A stretch of 64,000 nucleotides of DNA from Vitrella brassicaformis CCMP3155. Taxonomy: Eukaryota; Protista; Chromerida. The stretch is taken from NCBI GenBank assembly GCA_001179505.1, contig CDMY01000347.1, positions 62,001 to 126,000 on the forward strand, read 5' to 3'. Made by a program: the position numbers and the translations under genes. Every line of letters begins with the position of its first letter. Position 1 is the stretch's first letter. Under the pieces are notes generated by a model. It was given only the letters and a program-made list of their open reading frames with translations, was not told the origin of the DNA and made no database searches. Positions 48,521 to 60,805 of the stretch are shown here, piece after piece.

Positions 48521-51500
48521 ATGCTCATACAAGACGACACAAGACAGCAACCGACAGCCGGCGACCCCCCTCCCGCCCAGACACAGCCCGCCACAACCAG
48601 CAGCAGCAGCACCACCACCACCAGACGGCGGCACCCCCCTACCGCCTCCCTCCCCCTCCGCCTTCCCTCTCTCAGCTCTTTCAGCTGGGTCCTTGCGGTG
48701 CTGCTGATCGTCCTTTTGTCGTCCCTTCCCCTGTCGGTGCGTGCGCAGCGGCTTGAGATATGTCCATACGACGAGGGCTACGGCGAGTACGCGTTCTCGC
48801 CGAAGAGCGGCAAGTGCGAGAAGATCCACCTGGGCGGCGACATCTTCCCCGTCATCAATGCGACTGACGAGCTGTTCCTCTACGGCAAGTTCGAGGCGCG
48901 CATCAAGGCCTTCCAGTGCAGCGGGGCGATTGTGACCTTCTTTCTCTATAAGCCCAACTCTGACAAGCCCGGCAGCCAGTGGCAGGAGCTCGATATCGAG
49001 ATATTCGGGTCGACGGCCCACCTGTGGGAGGAGGGGACGGAGAGCGGCGTGCCCAACACGTTCCAGTCCAACCTGATCACGGGCATCACGCCCGGCCGTG
49101 AGCTCAAGGAGGCCAAGCACGTGACCGACACCCGGCTTGACACGGAGTTCCACACCTACACGATGGAGTGGACGCCGACGCGCATCGCGTGGTTCTTTGA
49201 CGATGAGCTGGTGCGGGAGGACACCGACCCCGACTCGATGAAGAAAATGAACGAGTCCATGACGCTACACATCAACGCATGGGTGGTCAACCCTCGTATC
49301 GAGATGTGGGCGGGCGTCTTCGACCCCGACTGTCTGCCCCTCACCGCCCAGTTCGATTACGTCAAGGTGTGGGACTACGATAACAAGACCGATGACTTCA
49401 CGCCTCGCTGGTCCGACACCTTTGATGAGTTCAAGGAGTACAGCAAGGGCGGCAGGTGGGGCATCGGCGAATACACTTTCGACTTCAACCGCGTCCAGTA
49501 CGAGAAGAGCCAGGTGACCGCCAAGAACGGCACCCTGCATGTCGTGGTCGACCGGAAGAATCTTACGGCCGAGTACCCGCCCTACGGTGAGTGAGCCCCC
49601 AGGCCGCCCCGCACTCCTCTGCGGTCGATCATTCTGTCTGTCTGTCTGATATCCATCCTTGCTGCCTTGCCTCAGAGTCGATAGACAATTCGTGTTGGGA
49701 GCTAGACACGGCCATCAACGACTTCACTCTGGGGATAGAGGAGCTCGACAAAATCACGGTGCCGCTGTTCGAGAAGGCCAACACCTCCGACGCGTGCCAG
49801 GCGGCGTGCCAGGCCGAGTGGCGGTGTCGCCACTTCACCTTCACAGAGGGCTACGGCTGCGAACTCAAATGGAACCGCACACAGGACAGCGTCAAGATCG
49901 CTGAGGGCGCCACCACCGGGCCAAAATACTGCGGTAAAGAGCCAACAGAGTGACCACACACACATCGAAGGAGAGACACACTACTACATGTGCTGTCCTT
50001 TGTGCCTCGTCCGTCATCAGTTGAGTGGTGCATTGAGGAGCTTGAGGATGGCACGGACGTCAACCAGTACTACCAGCTCGAGAACCTCAAGGCCAAGTCG
50101 CGCAAGGCCTGCGCCGACACGTGCCTGGAGACCACATTGTGTGGGGGCTACGTGTACCACCCCAAAAGCCACAACTGCCAGATGAAGGGCTTCCCCTCCG
50201 TCCCCAAGAACGTCAGCGACGAGAGCCCCCATTTTCAGGGCGGTGTCAAAATTGCGTGCGGCTACCCGGCGACCACCCCACCGCCAGAAGGTCGCCCCGC
50301 CCACACAGGCGGACACACATGGCCACATGGCATGGCCCCATTGATCTGTGTGTGCGAATTGCGTGCAGAGATATCGTGTTACAGCATGCCTGCCGACTAC
50401 AAGGGTCTGGATGTGGGTGGCAAAGCCAAGGGCGTCAAGACGGCTTCCGAGTGCCAGGCGCTGTGTCAGGAGAACAAGCAGTGCTTCAACGTCGTCTATG
50501 GCGAGCAGTGGGGCGGGTGCTACCTCAAGGGTTGGGAGGTCGAGCTGGACAAAAAAACAACTGGCCTCATTGCAGGACCCAGAAGCTGCGGTGAGCGAGC
50601 GAGGAGACAGCGCACAAACAAATCGTCAAACCAGCACATCGGTGTCTGTCTTTCTTCTGTCGTCTTTCTGTTGTGGTCAGACCTGGATTGTGTCGAGGAG
50701 GGCTTCATCTACCACAGCAACGACACGCTCGGCCTGATGGACACCCCCTCAGACGCGCACAAGTCACCCGACACCTGTGCCATGGCCTGCGAGGACACGG
50801 CAGAGTGCTCCATCTTCACTTGGCGGGGGCCGCAGTGCCACCTGTTCGGCAAGGAGGACGACAAAACCCCCCTGCACATCATCAAGGGCACACCCGACAA
50901 GGGGGACAAGTCGCTCAAGGCCGCCAAGAAGGAGTGCGAGTCGGTGTGCAAGGACGACACGAGCTGCCACAGCAGCCGTATACTGGAGGCCCAGTGCATG
51001 CTCATGCCACACGAGGAGAACAAGCCCGTCGTCAAGGTGCCCGTCTACGGCTACTACCACGACGCCTTCGTGCCCTACGTCTCCGGCCCTGCCGCATGCC
51101 CCTCCCGCGCCAGCAAGGACCTCATCAACGACCTCGTGGCTGCGGGCATGCAGAACCTCACCGTGGCCCAACGCAAGAGGAACACCAACACACCCGACAA
51201 GTGCCCAGATGGGTATATCCGCGGCACCAACGGCGTCTGCTATCGTCTGAGCTTCGAGCGTGCCACGTGGGAGGAGGCGGAGGCCATCTGTGAGGGCGAG
51301 AAGGCGCACCTGGCCACTCCCACAACTGCCGAGGACCAGGCGAGCATCCTGGAGCTCTTCTGTCTCGACGACGGCATGTGCCTCGTCCCCAGGGACGGCT
51401 TGCACGACGGCGACTACTTCATCGGACTCAGAAGGACCAACAAGGTGGGTGGGATACATTGACGGGGCAGGGGGGGATGTGAGCAAGCTGTGACGGTGGA

Positions 51501-54500
51501 TGGTTTGTGCAGGGTAAGTGGCGGTGGATTGACGGCGAGAAGGTGACCTTCAGCAACTGGGCGGGGAAGCGCAAGACGCCGCTGCTCGACTACGGCCAGG
51601 GTGTGGCCCTCAAGATGCCTGCAGACGACAAGGGCAAGAAATGCGCATACATCTACGTACGCACCAAGCAGCACAGAACACACAAGACCAGAAGAAAGAT
51701 TTCGGCCAATGTTCCCCTGTGCTGTGCGCCTTTGTTGCCCGGCTGCAGCCGCAAGATTACTCGACAGGCAAGATCAACGGCGGCTGGGGCTCCATCGAGT
51801 GCCACACATCCGCCACAGCAGACTTCCGCCCCAAACGCGTCACCCGCAGGTACATCTGTGAGTACGATCCATCCTTCAAACCGCCGCCGCACGAGAAGAA
51901 ACCTAAGGAGGGCAAGAAGAAACCCGTCACCAACACTACGTGCCCCTGCTGCTCTGACGGCGACATGGACGGCAGCGATGTGGGCGGGCTGGCCAGCGGG
52001 GTGGAGTCGATCGCCGAGTGCCAGAAGATGTGTGACCAGACGGCCGACTGCTTCTATGTCGTGTTCGGGCGGCAGTGGGGGGGGTGCTACCTCAAGGGGT
52101 GGGACGCTGTGCCCGCTGACACCACCACCGGCAGCAACAAGAAGAAAGAACGGACCGACCTTGTGCACGCGCCAAGGAGCTGCGGTGAGTGAGTGAGGGT
52201 GAGAAAGACCCACCAAGGCCCCACGCGCCCCCACCTACGCTATTGTATTGTCTTGGTGTTTTTGTTGTTGGTTGCAGAGATGAGCTGCAGTGCGCAGGGC
52301 TTCACGCTGCCTTTGGGCGGGGACGACATCATCAAGACGGAGCCGGCCCACAGCCCGTCTGTGTGCGCCACCCGATGCAAGCAGATCAAGGGCTGCGAGA
52401 AGTACCTCTGGCGGGGCAGCAGGTGCCTCCTGCAGCAGCTTATGACGGTGAGTGAGTGAGTGAGTGAGTGAGTGGACAGACAGACAGACGGCCGAGTACT
52501 GATGTCATTCATGTCTGTCCGTGTGGCATGATGGTCTGTCTATCGATCAGAACTCCTCATCCCCGTCGCCCATCTTTGAGATGGCGGCCCTCGACGCGGC
52601 CACGTGCAACACTCTCTGCATGGACGACCCCCAGTGCACGGCGGGCGGCGAGTACCACCCCCCGTCATGCACCTACTCCAGCGACAAGTCGGCTCTCTTC
52701 ACCCCAATCCACCCCTACTACCACGAGAGCATCGTGCCATCGGCAGTGGGGCCGGCCCCCTGCCCATCCCGCAACAGCACGGCTGCCTTGGCGCATGTGC
52801 AGGTGCAAGGGGGCGGCAAGTGCCCTGACGGCTACCAGATGGGGTCGAATGGGGTGTGCTACCGGCTGTCCTTCGAGCGGGCTTCGTGGAAGGAGGCCGA
52901 GGGCATCTGCGAGCAGGAGTTCGGTCATCTGGCCACCATTAATGACGAGGTCGGAAGGAACAGAGACAACGAAATGCGCCACGTCTCTCTTCCCATCCAT
53001 CCATCCATCCATCCATCTGTGTCATGCATTCAGGCCGAGCACAAGGCGATCATGGGTCTGTTCTGCAGCAGCAGCGGCGGCAACTCGTCGACCACCACGT
53101 CGCCCCACTGCTGGGTGCCGCAGGAGGGCCACCACGACTCGCAGGTGTTCGTCGGTCTCAAGATGACGTCCAACGGCTGGCACTGGCTCGACGACATTGC
53201 CGAGAAGGGCAAAAAGGCGGGCGACCACAAGCTGATATGGGGCAAGAACCTCGGTGACGACCTGTCAGGCGAATGCGGATTCATCGCGGTATTTCCGTCT
53301 GTGAGTGGGGTGTGGTGTTTGGGTATGTCCTCATTCTCTCTCTGTGTCTGTGTGTGTGATGTGTGTGCAGCCGCAAGACCCCTCGACGGGTGCCTTGGTC
53401 GGCAGCTACGGCACCCTGGCCTGCCACAGGGCGTGTGTGCCGCAGCCGGCCCACTTCCCCTCTCCATCCCATGTCGACAAGTGGATCAACCTGCCCTCCT
53501 GCCTCACACCCGACAATAAGCACGGCAAGATCGTCCGCGTCACACGCCGATACGTCTGCGAGGCCCACCCCAAGTACGACGCCAAGAGCATGCAGAAGGA
53601 GATCGACATTGCCGAGCCGGCGGAGATCGGCGAGCCGGCCACGGACGAGGTCAAGTGCGCGTGGCCGCGGGTCGACCTCGATAGCAAGACCATTGCAGGT
53701 GGCAGGGGCGATGGCGTCAAGAGTTTGGCGGATTGTCAGGACATATGTGGGGACGTCATTGGCTGCCATTATGTGGTGTTCGAGCCGGACAAGGGCGCGT
53801 GCCACCTGAAGGGCTGGGAGGTGGGGCGCATCCGCACCGACGAGCGGCTCATCAGCGCCCCCAGGAGCTGCGGTAAGACAGACACCAAACCAGCCCGCCG
53901 CCGCTCAAACAACACATAAAAGTGTGGTGCGTTGTTTGTTCTTTCTTTCTCTCTCGCTGCGAGACAGACATGAGCTGCACCGACACAGGATACGAGTATG
54001 GTGTGGGTGATGGTTCTGCCATCAAGACCATCAAGCTGCAGCACCTCGACCGGAGCGACGCCAAGGCGCAGGAGCGGTCCGTTGACGAGTGCCGGGAGGC
54101 GTGCAAGAATGAGGAGGCGTGCCGCTTCTTCACCTGGATGCAGCCCGCCTGCCAGCTCATCGGCCGCCCCGAGGAAGACGCCAAGAGCGGCCTCTCCACT
54201 CTCCACCTCATCGGCGCTTCCAGCCAGTCGGAGTGCAACATCATCTGCGAGACCGACCCGGCCTGCAGACAGACCACCTTCCAGCCGCCCACATGCACTC
54301 TCAAGTCGCAGAACGCCCTCACGCAACGACACGCGCCGCTGTTCACTCAGTCCGTGGTCACTTACATGTCCGGCCCCGCACCGTGCCCATCGCGGCAATC
54401 GGACTTTGACAGCGACCCGAGGATGCGCGAGGACGGTGGTGTGGTTGGCGACGGGTGTCCGGAGGGATACTACCGTGGCGGCGACCGTGGTGGCTGCTAC

Positions 54501-56300
54501 AAGGTGCATCTGGAGCGGCTCAGCTGGGACGAGGCAGAGCACGTCTGCATGGACGAGGGCGGACACCTCGCGTCTATCGGAAATGCGGTCAGTCAGTGTT
54601 AGAGGACAGGACACATCACATCACAACACGCCACGCCACGCCACGCCTCCCGGCATTCATTTGTGTCAATCAACTGGATGTGGTGATGTGGTGTGTGCAG
54701 GATGAGGACTCAGCGTTCCTGCAGCTGTTCTGCTCGGATGAGAAGGCGTCGAGCTGTCTGCTGCCCCGCGGCGCCCGGCATGACGGGGAATACTACATCG
54801 GAGCCAAAAACGACCCCGCAAGCGTTAGCAGCACACACACACACATTGCTCGTCAATCCGTTTCCACCCCAATCAATCTCATCACCTGTGTCTCGTGTTT
54901 GGTCCTTGATGCGATGCAGTGTGAGGGTGCGTCGTGCTGGTCGTGGTCTGACGGCACGACATGGAAGTACACCCACTGGGGCGGCAACCGCGGCCACCCT
55001 GAGCTGAAGTACAGGAAACTCGCAAAGATCAACCCCGACACCGAGCCAAAGGAGAAGGAATGCGCTTTCTTCTACGTAGGCACGCCACACACGCTCCCAA
55101 ACAGACCAGACCACCAACACACCAACACACACACATTCAACACACACACGTGTCTCTCTGCCTGCGTGTAATGCAGCCGCAAGACGCCGACGGCAAGCCT
55201 AATGGCGGTTGGGGTGCGAGACAGTGCGAGTCTCATCGGCGGTTTGTGTGCGAGAAGCGGGAGATCCGGGGCAAGAGCGGGCTGGAGGAGCTCAAGGGCC
55301 GCACGGGGCCACTGCTGGCCGTCAAGCTGCTGCACCAAAACTATGACGCCGTCATGATGGTACGCTGCGGTGTGGGAACAGAACAGTGGATCGATCGGTA
55401 GATGTCTCGTGTGTGTGTGATTGTGATTGTGCAGAGTGTGTCGAAGCTTCAGGCGTTGGTAGGGAAGCTCAAGGCGGCCATCGCTGCAGACCTGCACGTG
55501 GCCTCCGATGACGTCCACATACGGCAGCTACTCTCGGGATCCATCGTCGCACTTTTCGAGTCAGCCACCACACCAACACACACACACACACACGCACACA
55601 CACACACAAATGCGGACAATAATAATCTGGCCTATCCTGTCAACGGATCAGGTTGACGGAGTCGAGCACAGTGTCTTTGGTGGATCAGTGGAAGGCCATC
55701 CTGAGGGACCCCTACTCCCACACCCGGCGGGCCTTCGCCGTCGACCCCCACTACCCCCCCTCACTCACCATCTCACCCAACGGCAAGATCGTCCCACCTG
55801 CCTTCTCCTCATCTGACATTCCCCGGGCAACCTACCTCTGGCTCATCATCCTGCTCGTCTTCGGCGTGGTCATGTTCATGACGGCCGCCGTGTGGCTGGT
55901 GCTGACGGTCCGGTGCAAGCGACGGATGAAGCTCGTCAACACCGACCACCCCCGGAAGATCCACAAGATCGTCATCTCCAGCGATGGCACCCGGCACACA
56001 ACCCGGTCCCACAGCCGGACCCCCACACGGACACCCGCCGCCGCCAGAACGCCTAGCAGGACCCCGCGGTCTCGACGGCACACAGATGGCGTGAGTGGGA
56101 GCGGCAGTTGCAGCAACAGGAGCAGGCGGCGGCAGCCGTCGCGGGAGGGCCCGACGCCCAAGCAGAGCATCCTGGGGGCGGTGGCAAGGGACGCGGAAAT
56201 GGACAAGAAACCGATGACAGCCACAGGGGTCCCGCCGGGCGGGGGCGTTGGGGGGCATCCTATCAGCCCGTCGGTCGAGAGGCAAGACAAGGTCCTCTGA
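48521..56300 (+). CDS. Large single-pass surface protein: GH16 beta-glucanase domain, PAN/apple domains, three C-type lectin domains, SEA-like domain, TM, basic tail
   Basis: GH16 motifs YGKFEARIK, WQELDIE (48986-49000), FHTYTMEWTP. Repeated CxxxCxxxxxC..C..GPxxC PAN modules; three CTLDs (CPDGY..CY..SFER.TW.EAE..C....HLA..W.W..C..Y.CE); SEA-like VHIRQLLSGSIVALFE; TM YLWLIILLVFGVVMFMTAAVWLVL; stop at 56300. Confidence 0.85.
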
Positions 56301-58562
56301 GCGATGCGATCATGTTGATTCATGTCGTCATGCCTGTCCGTCTCTGTGGTGTGGTGTGGTGTGGTCCGTTCCGGACTTTGTCGATAGGGGCGGGTTGGGG
56401 TGGGGCGTGTGGATACGGTACCTGTGTCGGTGTCCGTGTTTGCTGGTTTTATTTAAGCCTCACGTGTGGATGATGGATGGATCGATGCGTGTGTGAGTGA
56501 AGTGTGGGCGACGGTCGCGGTGTCGTGTTGTGTGTGGGAGGGAGTGCAATGCAGTGGAGCGTGGAGTGAGTGGCGTGGAGAGTGCGTGAGAGGGCGTGCG
56601 GTGCGGTGCGGCAGTCACAGAAGTGTGTGTGGTTGTGGTTGTGTTGGTGTGTCTGCATCCAACCCACCCATCCCATCGATCGGATCTATCCTTTGATCTC
56701 ATCCAGATGTTCATGCCGGCCATGCGTGTCTCGGCTGGTGGGGTGGCACGGCACTCACTGGTGTTATTTAAATCTCCTCTATCTTGCCCTATATGATTTA
56801 CTCTCCCTCTCGCCCTCTCAGATCAGGTTGTTTGATTGTCAGTGGTCTATTTGACACCATTTTCACCGGACACGCCCGCCTACTAGCCACCTAGCCACGT
56901 AGCAACCCAGCGTCACGGGACATTTTATAGTGACAGATCGATGGATGGATGGATGTGTGCACGCGCAGCAAAAGGGCCTAGGCCCGGCCCACGAGTGTCG
57001 ATCCGTTTTTGGTTCCCTACCTCCCTCTCTCTCTCTCTCTCTCTCTCATTCATATCCCTCTCTCAGACGAGTGGCATGTCGGCCCGCACGCACGCACAAC
57101 AGCTCACAGTCAGACTAACAGGGGTTGGTTGTACCTACCGGATGTATGCATGTATCGTAGCCACACTGACGCCCAATTTTCTATTTGTCAGTCTGACTCT
57201 TCGCCCCTCTCTGTGTCTCTGTGTCTGTGTGTGTGTGTCATCACCCATATATATCAAAGTCCACCCCTCTCCTCTGCCCCCACTCCTCTGCCCCCACTCC
57301 TCTGTCTGTCTACCGCCGTACAGTACATACTACACACACACGGTAGATAGCGGCCGGCGTGGCGAGGCGTGGCGAGGCGAGGTTACCCATTACCCTAACT
57401 AATTGTCTGTCTGTCTGGCTGTCTGTCTGTCTGGTCAAGACTTCACACACATCCATGCCAGGTGTACTCGATGCGATGCAGGTTTTGACGGACTGTTTGT
57501 GTGGATGCCATGCCGGCGTCTCTTCCCGTACCGACGCAGAGAGAGCGAATGATAAGTACTTAAGGGTCCTTGCCGCCTACCTATACCTACCGGGTACCTT
57601 GGTGGTGTGTCTGGTCTGGACCCTGTTTGTTCGTGTGTCGGTGTGTTTTGGTGCAGTGCAGTGTATATGATGCTGTTGTTGGTGTAAGTGTCGGTGTGGC
57701 GATGGATGGATGGATGGATGGGCGCTGTGTCCTGCGTCCGGTAGGTATAAGACGAGATGGATGTAGGCAGTCAGTGTCTGAGTGGGCGTGCGTGGGGTGC
57801 ATGATGTGGTGCATAGTTTCAGTCAGCGCACATTATATGAACGCGCTTTCACGCTGATGTGTGTGTGTGTGTGTTGGTCTGTCTGTCTGTCTATCTCCGT
57901 TGGTGTGTGGCTGTCTGCCTCTTTCTCTCTCTCTCTTTTTGCGTCAAGGGAAGGCGAGACACCAAGCCAGGGTGGAGGTACTGATGGGCGCTGACGCGAC
58001 ACAACAAATGCATTACTGCTGGCCGGCACCCATGATGCATCTTGTGGACGGACTTGCGTCGCGCTCACACACACACACAGCCATCAGACACTCGGCCACC
58101 CACTTAATCGCCTCATTCGTCGTGTGCCTGACCGCCAACGGTGCGTGGCGTGCGTCTCCCTCTTTCTGTCCACTCCTCCCAGCTCTCGTCAAGTCTCGCT
58201 CTCCAGCTCGTGTGTCGTGTGCTCATGTGTGTATGTGAATGTGTGTGTGTGGGTGTGGGTGTTGGTTTCTGGCCGACACACCCAGGGTAGCGGGCACATT
58301 TGGTACCTAGATCTTTCTGCCCGCCTGCCCGACTGACTGACTGACCCGTTGAGTGCTTTGCGTGTGAGTGAGACCAATCCACTTAAGTGACTTACTGTCG
58401 CATCTATCTGTCGTCCGTAGGGTTCACACACACACACACGCACTCGTCTGTCTGTCTGTTGGTCTGTCTGTCTGTCTGCACCCACACAGATTCGTCCGCT
58501 CCACAAAACACACCACCGCCGTGGAGTCGTTGAATCGCTCGCATCCTTCCTTCGTTTCTTCC

Positions 58563-60684
58563 TCAGCCTTGCTGAGTGAAATGCCGCCTCTGGGGAGCCG
58601 ACGCACCACCGCCACCAGAAGGACCTGTGGGCAACAACCATACCAGACACACAGAATGAAGAGGACCATAACACCCACACGCACCCATCTCCTGTCTCTG
58701 TCTGCCTGGCTGCCTGGCCACACACACACCTGACCTGGTACCTGGTAGGTCTGCCAGTGTGTCGTCGTCGGCTGTCCTAAACTGTGAGTCTCTTGGCTTG
58801 CCGGACATGAAGCCCACACGAGCGCGGGCACCGGACTAAAGCAAGCAGCACACGGACGGAGAGCAGGGTGAGTTTCTGCCCGCGATCCGATCGGTCTGGT
58901 CCGTCTGTTCGTCTCTCTGCCTAACCGACTGACCTTGTTGAAGTGTTTCTGCCAGCTGGATTTCTTCTTGTTGGCTTCCTCCTCCTCCTTCTCCTGCAGC
59001 CACAGCCACAGCCACAGCCACACGACAGACACCATTCCACGCCCGAACGACATGCAGCTCGTGTGGTGTGGCTGGCGCGGCTGGCTTGGACATAGCCCAG
59101 CTTGTCGATATCATTCATCACCACACCCACCCAACACCTCACATGCCACGCACCTGCTTCTGTTTTGCCTTGATGGAGTGCATCCTCTTCTTCTTGGACT
59201 TCTTCTGATCCTCTGTGTCTGCGACACAACAACACACACACACACACAGACACAGACACAAGCGATATGATGCACGGCGTGTTCGGTCCCATGACCGGTG
59301 GTTCATTCGCTTGGCTAACCAGTGGGTTTGATGGTGAGGTGTTCGGGTATGCGGTAGCCGCCTGGGGTGAGTATCTCCTTGACCCGCCTCTTGTCACCAC
59401 CACGGCCGTCCTTGCCCCTCTTGCCGCCAGCTTGCGCGCCACCGCCCGTCCCCGCCAGACGCACCTGACACACACAGAGGGAGAGGAGAAGAGACAGCTG
59501 CGAATGTGTGTGTGTGTGTGTGTGTGCGGGCCACGGCCGTGTGTTGGTTACAGTACACACCTGGTCGGCCTTGACGTGTTCTTGGTTGCCGTATTCGGTG
59601 AAGGTGACCTTGTACCCCAACTCGGTCTGCTCATCTATCGTGCAGTCGTACCACAAACTGGTTTGTTTGACACAACACACCAAGGAGGGAGGGAGGGAGG
59701 GAGGAAGGACCACACACACAGAGAGACAATGGGAGGGAGGACGAAAGCAGCAGAGTTAACCCAGCACTCATTGCGTACCCGTCTTCGTCGTAGATGGCCT
59801 GGCAGGCTGCGCCGGGCTGCAGGAGCGATGGGTGTGGGGGCTTGAGGATGCGCACCTTGCCCGACTGCGGCGCATACTCCTCCCTGTTCTTGTAACCCGT
59901 GAACTCCACCACCAAAGTGTCGTCAGGCTGACACACGTGACACACAAGCGACACTTTGACACACACAACGGCTGCCCTGCCCACTAGCTAATTGCCAGAC
60001 CCACACACCGCACTGGCCCATCAGTGCACTCACTCCACTCACCCTGACATCGACGATCTCGCCGTTGAACCATGTGCCCTCGTAGTTGGCCTCGCAGCTC
60101 CGCCCCAGATACCGGAGGTAGGGCGACACACGCTCAAGAACCTCTGCACTCTCACCAAACCCATCCCCCTCCTCATCCCTCCCCTCAGCCTCTGCGCCCT
60201 GCTCCTCATCGTCAGGGTACTCGTAGCCAGACGGCTTCTCCCCTCCCTCACCGACGGCACCGGCAGCAGCGGCGGTCTCTGCTGCCTCTGGCGGCAGCTG
60301 TGCGGCCACATGCTGTTGTGGCGGTGGCTGCTGCAGGGCCTGCTCCTGCTGCTGTCTTAGGCGTAGGAGGTCTTCTGTGAGACCGATGACCTCCAGCAGA
60401 TCACTGCGGAGCTTTGTCAGGGCCTGCAAAACAAGATAACCAATCAAGCCACTCAGATGGTGACGACATTCTCCTCTCGCTGCATGACATACCTGGTCGC
60501 CGGGCTGCTGTTCCAGTGCTAGCTCGATTGGCGCAAGGTTCTGGCGGTACTCGGCAAGCTTCGCCTGCACCAACACACACACACACACACACAGAGGATG
60601 ATGCCTTGGGAAATGGATCTTTGGCGTCCTGTATAGATTCACCTCGAGCACTTCAATAGACTCTTCCCCCGTGATGTCCGCCAT
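58563..60684 (-). CDS. SMNDC1: Survival-of-motor-neuron-related splicing factor 30 (SPF30/SMNDC1-like), tandem Tudor
   Basis: N-terminal LAEYRQNL..IELAL..P.D..L.KL..DL.EVI.LTEDL; Tudor-like CEANYEGTWF..VEFTGYKN and CQAIYDEDGLWY..VTFTEYGN; IPEHLTIKPT; KKKSSWQKHF; GFMSGKPRDSQF; stop at 58563. Confidence 0.85.
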
Positions 60685-60805
60685 CTTTGCACTCTGCGGC
60701 TCGACACCCGCAGCGGTTTTCAAACTAGGCCTGCGAGCTTAGCTGGCGAATATGTCTAGCTCGCATCCTTGTCAGTGGTGCGCGTTCCTTCGCCATCGTG
60801 AAGCC
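60685..60805. promoter_or_regulatory. Very short bidirectional promoter with an inverted pair of TGCGAGCT (60732-60739 plus; 60758-60765 minus)
   Basis: 121 bp between the SPF30 and RPL44 ATGs. Confidence 0.65.

Noticed and set aside
48392-49153. 253-aa minus ORF opposite GH16
   Set aside because: Antisense shadow of a high-GC3 coding exon.
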